This document shows, one piece after another, positions 63,578 through 64,000 of a stretch of DNA of 64,000 nucleotides; position 1 is the stretch's first letter, and each line of letters begins with the position of its first letter. A program made the translations under genes and the position numbers. The stretch lies in assembly GCA_964291415.2 (NCBI GenBank), contig OZ219918.1, positions 480,001 through 544,000 of the forward strand, written 5' to 3'. Source of the stretch: Alphaproteobacteria bacterium. Lineage in GTDB: Bacteria > Pseudomonadota > Alphaproteobacteria > SP197. The notes under the pieces are model-generated. The model worked only from the letters and a program-made list of their open reading frames with translations. It did not search any database and was not told the DNA's origin.

Positions 63578-64000
63578 ATGAACGATACGATTGGCGCCCG
63601 CCCCTTCCGCTTCTTCGACAACCGCGAGAAGTACCTGCTCTTTGTCACCACATGCGGCGAAAAATGGGCAATCGGCGAGCGCATAGGCGCGGAGCTTTCC
63701 AGGCTTGCTCCTGAACCTCCTGCATTGCGGGTGTTCGACGCCGGAACCGGCGACGGCACTGTGATGGCCGGTGTCCTCCGACGGCTTCACGGGCACTTTC
63801 CTACCGTGCCGTTTCTCGTTGTCGGGAAGGAGATCAGCCTTGAGGATGTAAGGCTCACCTTGGACAAGCTTCCCGATCGATTCTCCGAGCATCCGCAGAC
63901 CGTCGTGGCGCTCACCAACATGCACTATCGCGAAGCCCCATGGTTGTTGCCGAAGAGGAGCGAAGCGCAACACAACCTCAATTGGCGCGAGGTCGCCCTC
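63578..64000 (+). CDS. Class I SAM-methyltransferase-like conserved protein (partial, runs off the window)
   Basis: Not in the ORF track. Manual translation MNDTIGARPFRFFDNREKYLLFVTTCGEKW...RVFDAGTGDG...VGKEISLED contains a DxGxGxG motif I. Confidence 0.75.
   Translation, partial: MNDTIGARPFRFFDNREKYLLFVTTCGEKWAIGERIGAELSRLAPEPPALRVFDAGTGDGTVMAGVLRRLHGHFPTVPFLVVGKEISLEDVRLTLDKLPDRFSEHPQTVVALTNMHYREAPWLLPKRSEAQHNLNWREVAL

Overview
This is a GC-rich chromosomal window from an alphaproteobacterium, judged from its fdxA-carD, bamD-recN-ligA and cysG-DUF2849-cysI-DUF934 gene context. About 60 genes are supported. Left arm: a partial soxR with a canonical SoxR box, followed by a frameshifted MFS exporter; a cystathionine gamma-lyase/synthase; a six-gene catabolic operon (amidase, CocE/NonD hydrolase, non-pyrrolysine MttB-family methyltransferase, Rieske oxygenase, 2-hydroxyacid dehydrogenase, RidA); and a sulfite-reductase operon that lacks cysH. 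Middle: housekeeping genes; ureEFGD with no urease structural genes; and a two-gene insert (PD-(D/E)XK nuclease plus NYN/PIN ribonuclease). The NYN gene sits directly behind a promoter, hairpin and terminator leader, resembling an RNA-antitoxin (type III-like) system. Right arm: prfC; two more Rieske oxygenases; an Urt/Fmd-like amide ABC importer whose binding protein has a ~64-aa insertion, followed by an acetamidase/formamidase; a second Liv-type ABC importer; and a complete Aromatoleum-type tungsten aldehyde oxidoreductase operon (aorABC plus MoaD-like). I saw no tRNA, rRNA, CRISPR array or transposase. All calls come from motif recognition by eye; no database searches were run.
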